Source of the DNA: Pseudogymnoascus verrucosus
Taxonomy: Eukaryota
Length of the DNA: 64,000 nt
Assembly: GCA_001662655.1 (NCBI GenBank)
Contig: KV460237.1
Reading direction: 5' to 3' (one strand)
In this document: piece by piece, positions 1 to 11,152 of the stretch
Position numbering within the stretch: the first letter of the stretch is position 1
Layout: every line of letters starts with the position of its first letter
Notes under the pieces: generated by a model
The model's input: the letters and a program-made list of their open reading frames with translations, nothing else
The model's database searches: none
Told to the model about the DNA's origin: nothing
Program-made: the position numbers and the translations under genes

Positions 1-10
1 TAACTCATAC

Positions 11-57
11 CTCTTAACTTAACTCTTAACTTAACTCTTAACTTAACTCTTAACTTA
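11..57. repeat. 12-bp tandem repeat (CTCTTAACTTAA) x~4
   Basis: Directly visible. It lies just upstream of an ACTAAC branch point (61-66) and a TAG acceptor (76-78), so it is probably intronic. Confidence 0.8.
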
Positions 58-235
58 CATACTAACTTATACATTTAGACATGATCTAATTGATCCTATT
101 ACACTTTTTGATGCAAGTTATCAGCTTAATACCTAACGTAAGTCATGGTGTAAAGTCGGTAATGGGGTAAAGTCGGTAGTGGGGTTAGGGCCACCCCATC
201 AAAACCATCAAAAAATTGTAACAATTCAATTATTA

Positions 236-1990
236 CTATGCTAATTCATCTATATCATTATCAGAAAGCTCCTCTTCGCTCTCCTCGCTCTCTTCTTCAC
301 TCTCACTATTAGTTAAGTTAACTATTAAGGTAGGTTGTTGCGTTGTTCTAGACCTCTGTGAAGCTGTTGCTGCTTCTGCTTCTACAACTTGCGACTGCAA
401 CTCCTCTGTTGAGATGTGGAATTGACCCTTTAAAACAGCTCTTTTGCCCTTATTCTATGCTCTACGCTTCTGAATAATTGAGCGTAAGTTATCACACTCT
501 CTTTTTTGAAGGGTGTTGCGTGTATTAAGGCGTTCTGACTCATCTGCTAACTTATTGATATATCGCTTTGTAGGAGTATTAAGAGCACTACTACGACTTA
601 TTGTAGTAGACAGAACTGTATTTGCTTTGTGAAGTGTTTGAAAATCAGGTAGACTGCTATTCAAAAATACCTTCTTAAAAATATCATGCTCTGTAGGAGT
701 ATGTAGTCGTTCTACTACTACTACGTCTGTAGTAGGAAGTGTAGCTGCTTGTATGACTGTCTGCGGCTAGAATGGCTGTAGCCCACTCCCTCTCTAAGCA
801 GTATTGATATTTGAAGTTGAAAAAGCAGCTGCTCTTATAGTAATATATGCATCTATCCATTCCGACTTCTATATACGTAGGAGTTGTGCCTCATTTAGGT
901 GTGAGAGAGCAGTTGTAAGGTGTTGCTTTAAGGGCCTAAAAATCGAAATATCAAGTAGCTGTAGAACATAAGATGTATAAGGAGGTAGTATTAGGAGTGA
1001 TATTCGATTTTGAATGCAGTGTGATATAAAGCTTCCACTTATATGACTATTGTGACTATTGCAAATAAGGAGCCGTTGTTGTAGTTTTCCATTTGAAAGT
1101 GTTGCTTTTGCTCTTGTAGAGGGCTTAAAAACGCGTTTTAGCCACTCTAATCCATGAAGATTGCTTGTCCATCCTTTTGTATTTGCAGAGAAGTGCCATT
1201 TTTGTATAACCTCCTTTAGAATCCAGCTTTGTAGGATGTTCTGTCCTTTGAAAATAATAAGGGGGTTAATAGCTGTTCTGTCTATGCAAACGCATTCAAT
1301 AGCAGACACCCATTCCTGTCGGCTAGGATGAGCTTCAAATCGCGTACAGAGCGTAGAGTCGACTATAATTCGTGTAGATTGCATAGTTCCAATTGGAAAT
1401 CCAGTTTCATCTATATTATAGGTGTTGTAGTTTTCGATTTTTAGCTCTGTTGTAAGGCTCTTATACGCGTCAAACCACCCCTTCAACACCTGCTTTGTGA
1501 CCCTATTCATCCTCTGTGCCTCAACTCTACGTCCTAACTTAACACGTAAGTTAGGATGCCTTTGAATGAATTGTAGAACCTACTCTTGCCTAAGAGGTAA
1601 GTTAGGTATTTGAGGTTGAGGTTGTTGAGGTTGTTGTGTTTGTTGTTGCTGCTGTTGTAGTTGAGGCTGAAAAACGCGACACTTATTTGATCGGACTTCC
1701 TCTACAACCTCACGTAATATCCAATGACTAGGAGCGTAGCCACTTATAGTAAGCTCCTTAATCCACTTTAAGAGCGTTTGCTCTTGAGTTTTAGATAATA
1801 ACTGCTGTTTTTGACGCGCTTCAACACGCGTTTTACCACCTTTTATACGTCGCTGTAGATTCCTTTCACATAGCCCTAAAGCCTTTGCAGCAGCATATGA
1901 AGATTTAAATTTTCCAGACTTTATTCCTAAAATAGCTTCATAAAGTCGAAAATCAAGCTCTTGAGCCTTAATACTCCTACGTTCAACCAT
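236..1990 (-). pseudogene. pogo/Fot1 transposase (HTH + CENP-B-like HTH + DDE), with in-frame stops
   Basis: ORF pieces 1580-1990, 869-1510 and 455-664 share one frame. Motifs YNIDETGF, KGWTS, RLLICNSHNSH and LPPYTSYVLQLLD match a decayed DDE_1 domain. TAG stops sit where TGG or CAG codons are expected. Confidence 0.92.
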
Positions 1991-2006
1991 TCTGTTAGTT
2001 GTAGTA

Positions 2007-2490
2007 ACGTAAGTCGTGGTCAGACCGGCTACATGGCCAGACCGGCTATTGGTACCATCACATACAAATTTGTATGCAGAAGTACTTATGCTTGCGAAAA
2101 ATTAGAACTATAATAACTCTATTAATAAAAATGCTAGAGCAAATCCCTTTTCTATATAGCAACGTTAAGTACGTATCTACTATATATAAAAAGGGTAATA
2201 TTACTAGTGTCTTTTTACATAAGTTAATAACAGTTTTAAGTTTTACTACATAAATATTTGTATAGTAAAAATATAAGCCTCAATATCTCTTGTAAAACAA
2301 AGCTAGTGCTACTAGTGTTTATATACATGTTAGATTATTATATGAAAAAACATAATTTAAGAGGATTAAGCTTTATATACACTATTACAAAAGTTATTAT
2401 AGTTTTAATTTTGGTTTAGTGACCTTGGTTTTGGTGGGGTGAGCTAAGTAGCCGGTCTGGCCATGTAGCCGGTCTGACCACGACTTACGT
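2007..2490. mobile_element. MITE A (484 bp), non-autonomous pogo-family element nested in the Fot1-like element
   Basis: TIR ACGTAAGTCGTGGTCAGACCGGCTACATGGCCAGACCGGCTA at both ends, TA duplications at 2005-2006 and 2491-2492, AT-rich non-coding interior. Confidence 0.93.
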
Positions 2491-2635
2491 TAGTAGGAGT
2501 TGTAGTTGTAATGTGGTTTGATGGGGTGGCCCTAACCCCACTACCAACTTTACCCCATTACCGACTTTACACCATGACTTACGTTACCGGAATACATACC
2601 AACACCAAATGTTTCCTTTAGAAACCACTGATATA

Positions 2636-2928
2636 ACGTAAGTCATGGCGTAACCGGCACAATGGCGTAACCGGCATAATGTCACTTTACACTGAACTTT
2701 GTATAGAAAGGTACTTACTTCTAATGATTTTTGAAATGATCATAACTTTTGCACTTTTGACTGTACAGCTTAGCTCTTTTGTATGGTAATAGTACGCATA
2801 TTGTTCTATTATGTATAGAAGCTATAAAATATTCACGACCTTATTAAAAAAGTTGATTTTTTTTGGTGAGGGAACAACACATGATTATGCCGGTTACGCC
2901 ATTGTGCCGGTTACGCCATGACTTACGT
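2636..2928. mobile_element. MITE B (293 bp), pogo family
   Basis: TIR ACGTAAGTCATGGCGTAACCGGCACAATGGCGTAACCGGCATAAT at both ends; TA duplications at 2634-2635 and 2929-2930. Confidence 0.94.
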
Positions 2929-3190
2929 TAATTCTAGATATACAATTCTACTACCACACATTGTTAAGCTCCGTGGACGGCCAAAGATTGTACGGCTACG
3001 CAAAGGAGCTTTAAAGAAGAAGCTTAGAAGATGTGGTAATTGTAGTAAGATGACAAATCATAATGCACGTAGCTGTCGAGCTCAGCCGTGTGATATTATT
3101 CCTATTAAGGAAAGAGCTAGAATGATTGAAGAGAGAGAGAACTAGAATAGTTAGTAGAATTAAAATTGTCATTTTTAAACAACACTCATG

Positions 3191-3249
3191 TAATAACTTA
3201 GAACATACATAGTAACTTAGAGCATATATAATAACTTAGAACACCTATA
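3191..3249. repeat. 20-bp tandem repeat x3 (TARTAACTTAGARCA...), probably subterminal to the MULE relic
   Basis: taataacttagaacatacat / agtaacttagagcatatat / aataacttagaacacctata. Confidence 0.7.
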
Positions 3250-3408
3250 GAAATATATGTTTTTATTTGTTTACTTAATTAAGCCTTATAATGTGTAAGA
3301 ATATAAGTAAGGTAGATGGTCTTAGTTATGAGGAGGGTAAATAGAATAGTTAGAATTAGAATTCTAATTGTATTATTAACTTAAACAAGTAGGATAACTT
3401 AGGACATA

Positions 3409-4370
3409 ACGTAGGTCATGGTGTAACCGGCTACATGGTGTAACCGGCTATTTTGAAAACCCCACCAAAATCCAGGAGTAGACCACTAAACTAACGTAAG
3501 TCGTGGCGTAACCGGCACAATGGCGTAACTGGCATAATGTCACTCTACACCAAACTTTCAATAGAAAGGTACTTACTTCTAATGATTTTTTAAATAATTA
3601 TAACTTTTGCAATTTTAATTGTATAGCTTAGCCCTTATGTATAGTAATAGTACGCATATTAACGTATTATCTGCAGAGCCTAGAAAATATCCACAACCTT
3701 ATTAAAAAAGTTGATTTTTTTTGGTGAGGGGACACCACATGATTATGCCGGTTACGCCATTGTGCCGGTTACGCCACGACTTACGTTACTAACTTAGAAA
3801 ATCGTAAATAATTCAATTACTACTACCCTAATTCATATATGTCATCCTCTAAAGGCTCTTCTTCGCTCTCTTCATCTATTTCTTTAATTATAGCTTCGTT
3901 CATAGGTTGTAGCCTTGTTATAGGCCTCTATGAAGCTATAGCTGTTGCTGCTTCTACTTCTATAACTTACAACTAGAGTTCTTCCATAGAAATGTAGAAT
4001 TGACCCTTTAAAACTGCTCTTTTACACTTATTCTATGTTCTTTGCTTTTAGATAATTAAACGTAAGTTATTACACTCTCTTTTTTAAAGGGCGTTACGTG
4101 TATTAAGGCGTTCTGTCTTATCTACTAACTTATAAATATATCGCTTTATAGGAGTATTTAAGACACCTTAACTTAATATAGAAGAGAGTATAGAATTCGC
4201 TTTTTAAAGAGTATTAAAATTAGGTAGACTACTATTTAAGAATACCTTCTTAAAAATATTATGCTCTATAGAAGTATAAGGCTGTTCTAATATTACGTCT
4301 ATTATAGGAAGTATAGCTACTTAAATGACTTTTTATAGCTAGAATGGCTATAGCCTACGTCCTCTCTATA
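3409..4370 (-). mobile_element. Truncated, heavily mutated second pogo/Fot1 element (one TIR plus transposase 3' part)
   Basis: TA followed by the TIR ACGTAGGTCATGGTGTAACCGGCTACATGGTGTAACCGGCTA at 3409. Bases ~3810-4368 align by eye to ~223-797 with many C>T/G>A changes. No partner TIR was found; the right boundary is approximate. Confidence 0.85.
3494..3786. mobile_element. MITE C (293 bp), second copy of the MITE B family, nested in the truncated element
   Basis: Same length as 2636-2928 and similar along its length; TA duplications at 3492-3493 and 3787-3788. Confidence 0.94.
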
Positions 4371-4786
4371 TAGAAGTAATTTATAAGTCGCAGTTTAATA
4401 TGAACTAGAAACCAAAGCAAAAGTGCTGCTAAAATGAATTTAGCTATTTGGATTTTTATATATTTTTGTGTTATAAAGAAAAATATATGTTTAAGCTGTT
4501 TTGGTTTTAATTGGCTATAGAGTTAGCTGGCTTGCTGCTTTGATACTTTAGCATGGGTTCGATTGCAATGACTAAAATTATCAGTTAATTTCAAAACTGC
4601 TTGAAATTACAATAGTTTTATTAATTCCAAGAAACCCTGATAAATCTAATATAATCCATGGCTTAAAATTACAATTCAAATGCACACAGGTTCCCTACTT
4701 AAAACATTCAACTTGTGACTTCAGTTCAAAGCTGTTATTAAGAGTCGCTGAGCTGAGCCAGTGCGTGATTATAGGTCTAAATATTA

Positions 4787-6190
4787 CTATGTCTGTTGTT
4801 TAACTTCCTCACTCGGTGACGGTGAGGTGGCCTGTGTTGTTGGAAGGGCCTTTGCTTTTCCGCCGATATCAGATACAATGATGCCAAGAATCCAGGCATT
4901 TGTCAGAAAGAACGACTGGCTGGCCATCCACAGTCCTGGAACGAAGGTGCTTTTCCCAATAAATTCCAGATGAAAACCTTGTTGGAGCCACATGGCTTGT
5001 GTTAAAACCCACAGGACGAGCGCCGTTATTCCAAGTCGCGGGGATGCAACCAGAGACGATGTGGGCAGATAGAATGGGAGGAACACCATGTACCAAAGGA
5101 AGTACTACGATTATAATCAGCGGTGGTACAATACTGGCATCATCATATTTTCATACCTGGCTCGTACAGACTTTGTTGAAGGTCACAAACGCAAAGGTTT
5201 GTGCCAACATTGTCGACGGTAGATCCTTCTTCGCCAACAACAACGGAAGCGCAACTGCAGAGAGAAATAGCTGTGGAATGAACGCCAAAGACTCCAGATG
5301 CATGTATGATGGGGTGGATGCAGTAGAGCTTAAATATAAAATGGTATTATAGGGCGAAAAGTTGTGTCGGTGATCAACGCGTGTGACATGGTGAAGATAA
5401 GTATGATGTAAGAACGGACTCCCATACCTTGAAATTTGTTAGTGCAAGAATGTAATAAAAAGCCTATAACCTACATGTGATACATGGCCCAATTCAAGGC
5501 GATAAAAGTCCCAAAACTCAGAAAGGCAAGCGTGATCCGGGGTTTATTACAAAACCTTCGGGCCCTGTTCCACAATGACGACTCCTGTGTCGATTTAGGC
5601 TGTAACTGCAGTTGCTCATCATCTAGCCACCACACTATCGACGGGGCATATATAAATGGGTATATTTTGAAATGAACGCCAACACCCAGCAGTACACTAG
5701 CCAACACAATCCGGCGTTGCATGACTGACCAAACCAAAGCAACCACCATGGCGGCAAGCAGGCCCTCCGAGCTTCCCCTTGTACTTATGGTTGCAACCAT
5801 TGGATTTAACAACCAGATGCTGGCGAATTTCAGCGCTCTATCCATCGGCATTCCACCTGTGGTTCGGAGGACGAGGACAATAAGCCAACCAGTAATAATG
5901 TCGCTCAGGGCAAAAAGAGCCTTGCCGAATGAAAACCAATTCCCTTGCCATGTAGTCGGTAAGAGCAGCCACGACAGAATAGGTGTATATCGATATGTTT
6001 CACGATCGTAGGGCGAATGGTTAGTCGCGACATAACGAGCAGCATCCGTAAAAACATAATAATCGATATCGGTGTACTTCATTGGTGAGTTGGCATCTTG
6101 CCATAGGCCGTATATAAATAGGCCAATCCTCAGAATTATCGCGGCGGAAAAAACAGGGAGTGGCCTGAACCAGGTAGACTTGGTGCCCAT
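4787..6190 (-). CDS. GPI14: GPI mannosyltransferase 1 (PIG-M), 3 exons
   Basis: Motifs KYTDIDY, YRYTP, ISTRGSSE, HFKIYP, DHRHNFSPY and QYFLWY. Introns at ~5428-5473 and ~5106-5156. Start taken as MGTKS at 6190. Confidence 0.95.
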
Positions 6191-6596
6191 GGTTATATCA
6201 GAAGTCAAAAGGAATGTTTTGGGCCAGAGGAGACCGTTACCAGATCTGTGAATTGCGAACGGCAACCTAGGTACGATTTCCAGAAATCAACTTCTGATTA
6301 TAGGGTTCACCAGACCAAACGAAAACCATCTCCCTACGCCAGTTGGCGCTATTATTCCGATCGAGATTGCAGGCCGGAGTTGGAGCTTGACCAGGCGACG
6401 TTCGATTGAGCCAACCGCGCGTCTGTAATTGCCGAGCCAGGCCACAATTGACAGCCGCGCCACACAAATGCAATGGACCAACACGATAACACGTGATCAC
6501 TTCCAACCTTTAGTTTCCCATTTAAGAACGCATGCTTTGTCGCCATAGGTTACAGTTCGTTCATACATTCCCTCCTATCTTAGAATAACAGACCAT

Positions 6597-7534
6597 ATGC
6601 CGGCAGAGAAACGATCATACGAAGAGATGGCGGAAACTCCGAATCCATTTTTGCCAATTTTCGATGGCTTCAGGGCTGAAATCGATGAGAACCACCTTGC
6701 CAGAGAGCGCATAATCAAGTCATCACGAGATGTCACAGCTCTTAGTAAGAAGGCGTGAGTAGTGTCATGATTATACGAGTGGGTAGACTATTAATTCGAT
6801 TCCAGTATTTTCTCTCTTCAGAGGTATGATCACCAGTTTTGCGATCCCGTAGAGGATATACACGTTAGTCAAAGCTAAGTCAACAACCAGAGTGAGAACT
6901 ATCAGCTCAGGAATACCCCAAAATATCAGCACAGAAGTCCAGGGAAGATTTGAGGCAATTTCGGAGCTATTTAAAACCATGTCGAAGGACCTTCAGGGCA
7001 TCAATTCCTGGCGATATCAACGCCAAGCCTCACCCGGGATCCAAGAATTCATAGAGGCTCTCTCATGTTCGTGCCCTGACTTCCCTAAGACGGTTTATTG
7101 GAGATTTTCTTAACATTGCCGCAGTTGAGCACTATCTTAGAACAGGGAAGCTAGTCACGAGAGAGCTTGCAACGAAAAGCATGATATGGAATATTCCTCT
7201 AACGGTTGACGACTACGCGCTGGGGTTATTCGATCTGTCGGGGGAAATCATGCGGTTTGCAGTCACTGCCATTGCGACAACAGGCTCACTGCCACATTTG
7301 AAATCCAGTCACTCATTTGTCGACCGCTCGATACTAACAGACCTGAGGCACCTGAGATCCTCCTTTGAAGCACTAGATACAACATCTTGCCATGGAACAA
7401 GCCTTGGCGGAGAAATCGACAAGAAGATGGAGACAATGGTTCAGAGTGTTGAGAAGGTGGAGAATGCCGCATGTTCCTTGATTATCAGGGACCATGAACG
7501 GCCCAAGCACACGCCAGATAGCGACAATAACTGA
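6597..7534 (+). CDS. TSNAX: Translin-associated factor X (Trax, C3PO subunit), 4 exons including an 18-nt microexon
   Basis: Spliced product RERIIKSSRDVTALSKKA|IFSLQR, QEFIEALSF|EHYL, DYALGLFDLSGEIMR, KKMETMVQSVEKVENA. The acidic catalytic-type residues point to Trax rather than translin. Confidence 0.88.
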
Positions 7535-7864
7535 GCCGTCAGAAGTCACTGTCAGGAACCTATCTATGCCTCAGGTCTGAAAGTGCTATTGGAATCGAAG
7601 TACGAAGCGGAATCAGGCGGTGGATTGCCTCGCGGGATAAACGCTGGCGGATCTCAATTAATACGTCAGGCGCGAACGGACGAAATAGTGGTTGTATGTG
7701 GATCACTGTTATATGGTCTGCCCCAGCAGCGCCCTCCACAGTTCGCTTGCGGCCGTGTTAATCGCTGTGGACGACGGACTTGCTGTATGGATATGGATAT
7801 GAATATACTAAGTGTGTCATGGCTTTCAATAGTTGACGAAACTATTCGACTTAACGTGTTACAC

Positions 7865-8344
7865 TTATGAGCTGGTAACATCCTCTGTTGCTTGTCGAGC
7901 ATCTTCGTCAACGGTTCGTGTGCGAAGCTGCAGTGCGTGGATCCCTCCTTCTTGTGCCATTTCATCCTTCAGCAAGGTATATACCATTCGATGTCTTGCG
8001 GGTTGCGACTTGGCTTTGAAAGCGTCCGAAGTTATCACCACTCTATTGTAGTGCTATAGTCAGAGTCGTTCTAATAGAAGGATCCAAATACAAACCTGAA
8101 ATGGGTCTCCTTTGAGGTATTGCCTTCCATGGCTTTATGGTGTGAGTGCATGTGAGAATCATTGTGTATTTCTAATTTCTCCGGTTTGAGCGCATCACTG
8201 AGCTACATCACCAAGTTAGCACAGGCTTGAGTGGTCGTCGTCGGATTATATAACCTTTGCCCTCATGGCGTCTTCGAGTGGTTTCGAAGCCATAATTGTC
8301 GAGAACGGCCTACTTGCCACAGTAAATGCCAGTCGGCGCAGCAT
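7865..8344 (-). CDS. BolA-family protein (Bol1/Uvi31-like) with probable mitochondrial presequence, 3 exons
   Basis: Not in the ORF track. Spliced reading: MLRRLAFTVASRPFSTIMASKPLEDAMRAK|...EIHNDSHMHSHHKAMEGNTSKETHF|RVVITSDAFKAKSQPARHRMVYTLLKDEMAQEGGIHALQLRTRT. Confidence 0.9.
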
Positions 8345-8831
8345 TAACAAGTATATATTCTTTGGAAGGGCGCGTCGAGATATGTCTCTGCTGGTTTGGA
8401 AGTATGCTGCTGCATCAGTTGCGGATAAATAAATACTGGAGCATATGCACAGATGTGACGAACCCTGGCTCGCTTATCGACGGGTCACCTGCTGATAAGA
8501 ACAGTTGAATCTCTCACACGAGCACCATCCAGAAGGAAATTCAGAAGGAAAGGAAGTTCATCTCGGTATGGTTGAAGGTGCCAATATGGGATATGCTGAT
8601 GCTACATATAAATGTAAATAGAGCGAAATGTCTCTGGAATTGTTGAATATATATCAAGTCTCGAACGCTATCGCCATAAAAAATCCGGGGATTAGTTAGT
8701 AGCCACGCGCTTTCGCCCAACTACCGATGCCCGTTCGCGTTCGCAACCCGGCAACCTACTCCACGTAAACATGTGTAGCCCCACCATACACTTGAGCATC
8801 GTGCCTTAGATGGCCACTTGAGTTCCTAACA

Positions 8832-10789
8832 ATGTTACCTACAACTTGTCTCCGCGCCCCTCGAGTGTGGAGTGTCTTATTCAAACGGCCTGTAATTCGT
8901 CCTCGTTGGTTTATTTCAGGAGTTCCCAGGATGGTGTCCACGCTCCCCAACCTACCCGTGTTCCAAGCAATTTCACGACATGATCCAAGTTCAACAGCCG
9001 TCATTCATTCGGAATCAGGTCGGCGATTTACATACGGAGAGCTGCTTTCAGATGTTGCCAAAGCCAAGGATAGGCTGCACTCTCCGGATGGGAAGGAGGC
9101 GCCTGAGGGCGAACGGATAGCATTCATTATAGAAAATAGCTATGATTACGTAGGTACGTTGGATGAAATCCCAAAATGAATATTTATAAGCACTCATATG
9201 ATTCCAGTAACTCTACTGTCTATTTTGAGTGTGCATTGCATTGCTCTGCCCCTGTCGCCAGCATTTCCGCCTCGAGAATTACAATATGTCATGGACCATA
9301 GCCAAGCATCAATGTTACTTGCTTCAAGCAAGTTCTACAAAAAGGCACAGGATGTTGCTTTGCAAGGCCTCTCTTTGCAACCCCGCGTAATTGAGGTGGA
9401 AAAGCTTCAAGGAGGCGAAATTGGACGTGCCGAGGTCTCCTTGGACGGTCCTACCGATGGCCCAGGAGGCATAATGCTTTACACCTCTGGAACCACTAGC
9501 AAACCCGTGAGTTCGCGTCAATATCGACGTAACTAAGCTAATTTGAAATAGAAAGGTGTCTTCCTGGCACAGTCGGTGACCACTGCACAGGCACAATCTC
9601 TCCTGCAAGCTTGGAATTATGCGCCCGAGGATCATCTACTCCACGTTCTTCCCCTTCATCACATCCATGGTATCATCAATGCTATTCTAGCGCCGCTTTT
9701 CGCAGGTGCTACCATAGAATTCCTTTTTCCATTCAATGCTACTGCTGTCTGGAAGCGCCTTGGGGCTCCATTCTTGGAAAACCCAAAGACCCCAGAAGAG
9801 ATCACGTTTTTAACAGCAGTTCCGACAGTTTATAACAGACTTCTTTCTTCCTATAAAGACCTTCCGGAAAGCCTTCAAACTGCGACGAAAAAGGCAATAT
9901 CCCCTAAAACCATGCGCCTAGCTATTTCAGGCTCGGCTGCCCTTCCGACTCCTACTAAAAAGGCTTGGGCCGAGTTAAGTGATGGGAATGTACTGTTAGA
10001 GAGATATGGAATGACAGAAGTTGGAATGGCCCTTAGCTGTGGCCTCAAATTTTCAGACCGAGTTGATGGCAGCGCTGGATGGCCTCTTCCGTCTGTCGAG
10101 GTGCGCTTACTTGATACGGAGACAAACACTGTTATTGAACCTGGGCAAGAGAAGGATGAGGCAGGAAAGGAGAGAGATGGTGAAATCCAACTTCGAGGGC
10201 CAACCGTTTTCTCAGGATATTGGCATAATGACCAGGCTACGAAAGAAGCATTCGTAGATGGAACGGATGATAAAGGGCCTTGGTTCAAGACAGGTGACAT
10301 TGCAGTCCGAAGACATGTCCCAGAAGCGGGCCATGGGGAGCAAGCCTGGGCCAAGGGGCCTATGTACTTCATCAGGGGCCGCAGAAGTGCGGACATTATC
10401 AAGACAGGTGGAGAAAAAGTCAGTGCCTTGGAAGTTGAGAGAGAGCTCCTCTCGCTTCCAGAGGTGGCTGAAGCTGCTGTGGTCGGGGTTCCTTCGGCAA
10501 AATGGGGCCAAAAAGTTGGCGCTGTGATTGTTTTAGAGCAACATAGACTAAGTAAAGATGGCAAGAAATGGGGCCCAATGGACATGAGAAGAGCCTTGCG
10601 GGACAGGTTGGCAAATTACAAGATACCTCAGACGATGAAGATTGTTGACGAGATACCGAAAAATGCTATGGGCAAAAGTGAGTTCATCTCATCCGTATTA
10701 TTTGAACCACAATACTAATGAATACAGTCAACAAAGCACAGCTAGTGGGAAATGTATTTTCCGATGAAGCTAGCGGCGATGAGGTGTAG
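8832..10789 (+). CDS. AMP-dependent acyl-CoA synthetase, malonyl-CoA synthetase (ACSF3/MatB)-like, 4 exons
   Basis: Motifs YTSGTTSKP|K, LPLHHIHG, LERYGMTE, FKTGD, DIIKTGGEKVSALEVERE and PKNAMGK. Last exon ends ...SDEASGDEV* at 10789. Confidence 0.88.
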
Positions 10790-11152
10790 CGGTTATAGTA
10801 GATGGATTATTCTATCTGAGCATTGTATCCACAGCAAATAATGTAATAGTGACCATGCACCATGGAGACGCGCATCAAGCTTGTGTCATCGCTAAAAAAA
10901 AAAAAGGCAAACCCGCTTGGCTCTAACGCCTGCCGGTATGGCCTCTATTCGTAGCAAATGATATAAGGACATAAGAAGCCAGTAAAGTCTGAGACGTTCA
11001 GAAAGACCTCAGTGCCTGATTGGTAAATGACTTGCTCCTGATGACGATGTAAGAACATAAGAATGCTCCAACAGACAAAGTGTCATATGTTTAGAAGCCT
11101 CTGCCCGAGTCGACTCGACGGTGGCCCATGCTTGTCATCTGTTCATCCCAGT

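Larger units (their letters stand above)
136..2584 (-). mobile_element. Fot1/pogo-type (Tc1-mariner) DNA transposon, full length, inactivated
   Basis: ~65-bp terminal inverted repeats (ACGTAAGTCATGGTGTAAAGTCGGTAATGGGGTAAAG... at 136, reverse complement ending 2584). TA target duplications at 134-135 and 2585-2586. About 1.96 kb once the nested MITE is removed. Confidence 0.95.
79..3145 (+). pseudogene. Mutator-like (MULE) transposase C-terminal relic, interrupted by later insertions
   Basis: Removing 136-2586 and 2636-2930 rejoins one frame: HDLIDPITLFDASYQLNTYRNTYQHQMFPLETTDIILD, then after one frameshift TILLPHIVKLRGRPKIVRLRKG...RCGNCSKMTNHNARSC. Y-x3-TY-x2-TY...P, RGRPK and a CCHC zinc knuckle are typical of the post-SWIM tail of MULE transposases. 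Confidence 0.7.

Noticed and set aside
183..190. GGTTAGGG telomere-like motif
   Set aside because: A single copy inside the transposon TIR, not a telomeric array.
6751..6760. Possible GC-AG intron in the Trax gene
   Set aside because: The GTGAGT donor two bases later keeps the frame (KKA|IFSLQR), so a standard GT-AG intron explains it.
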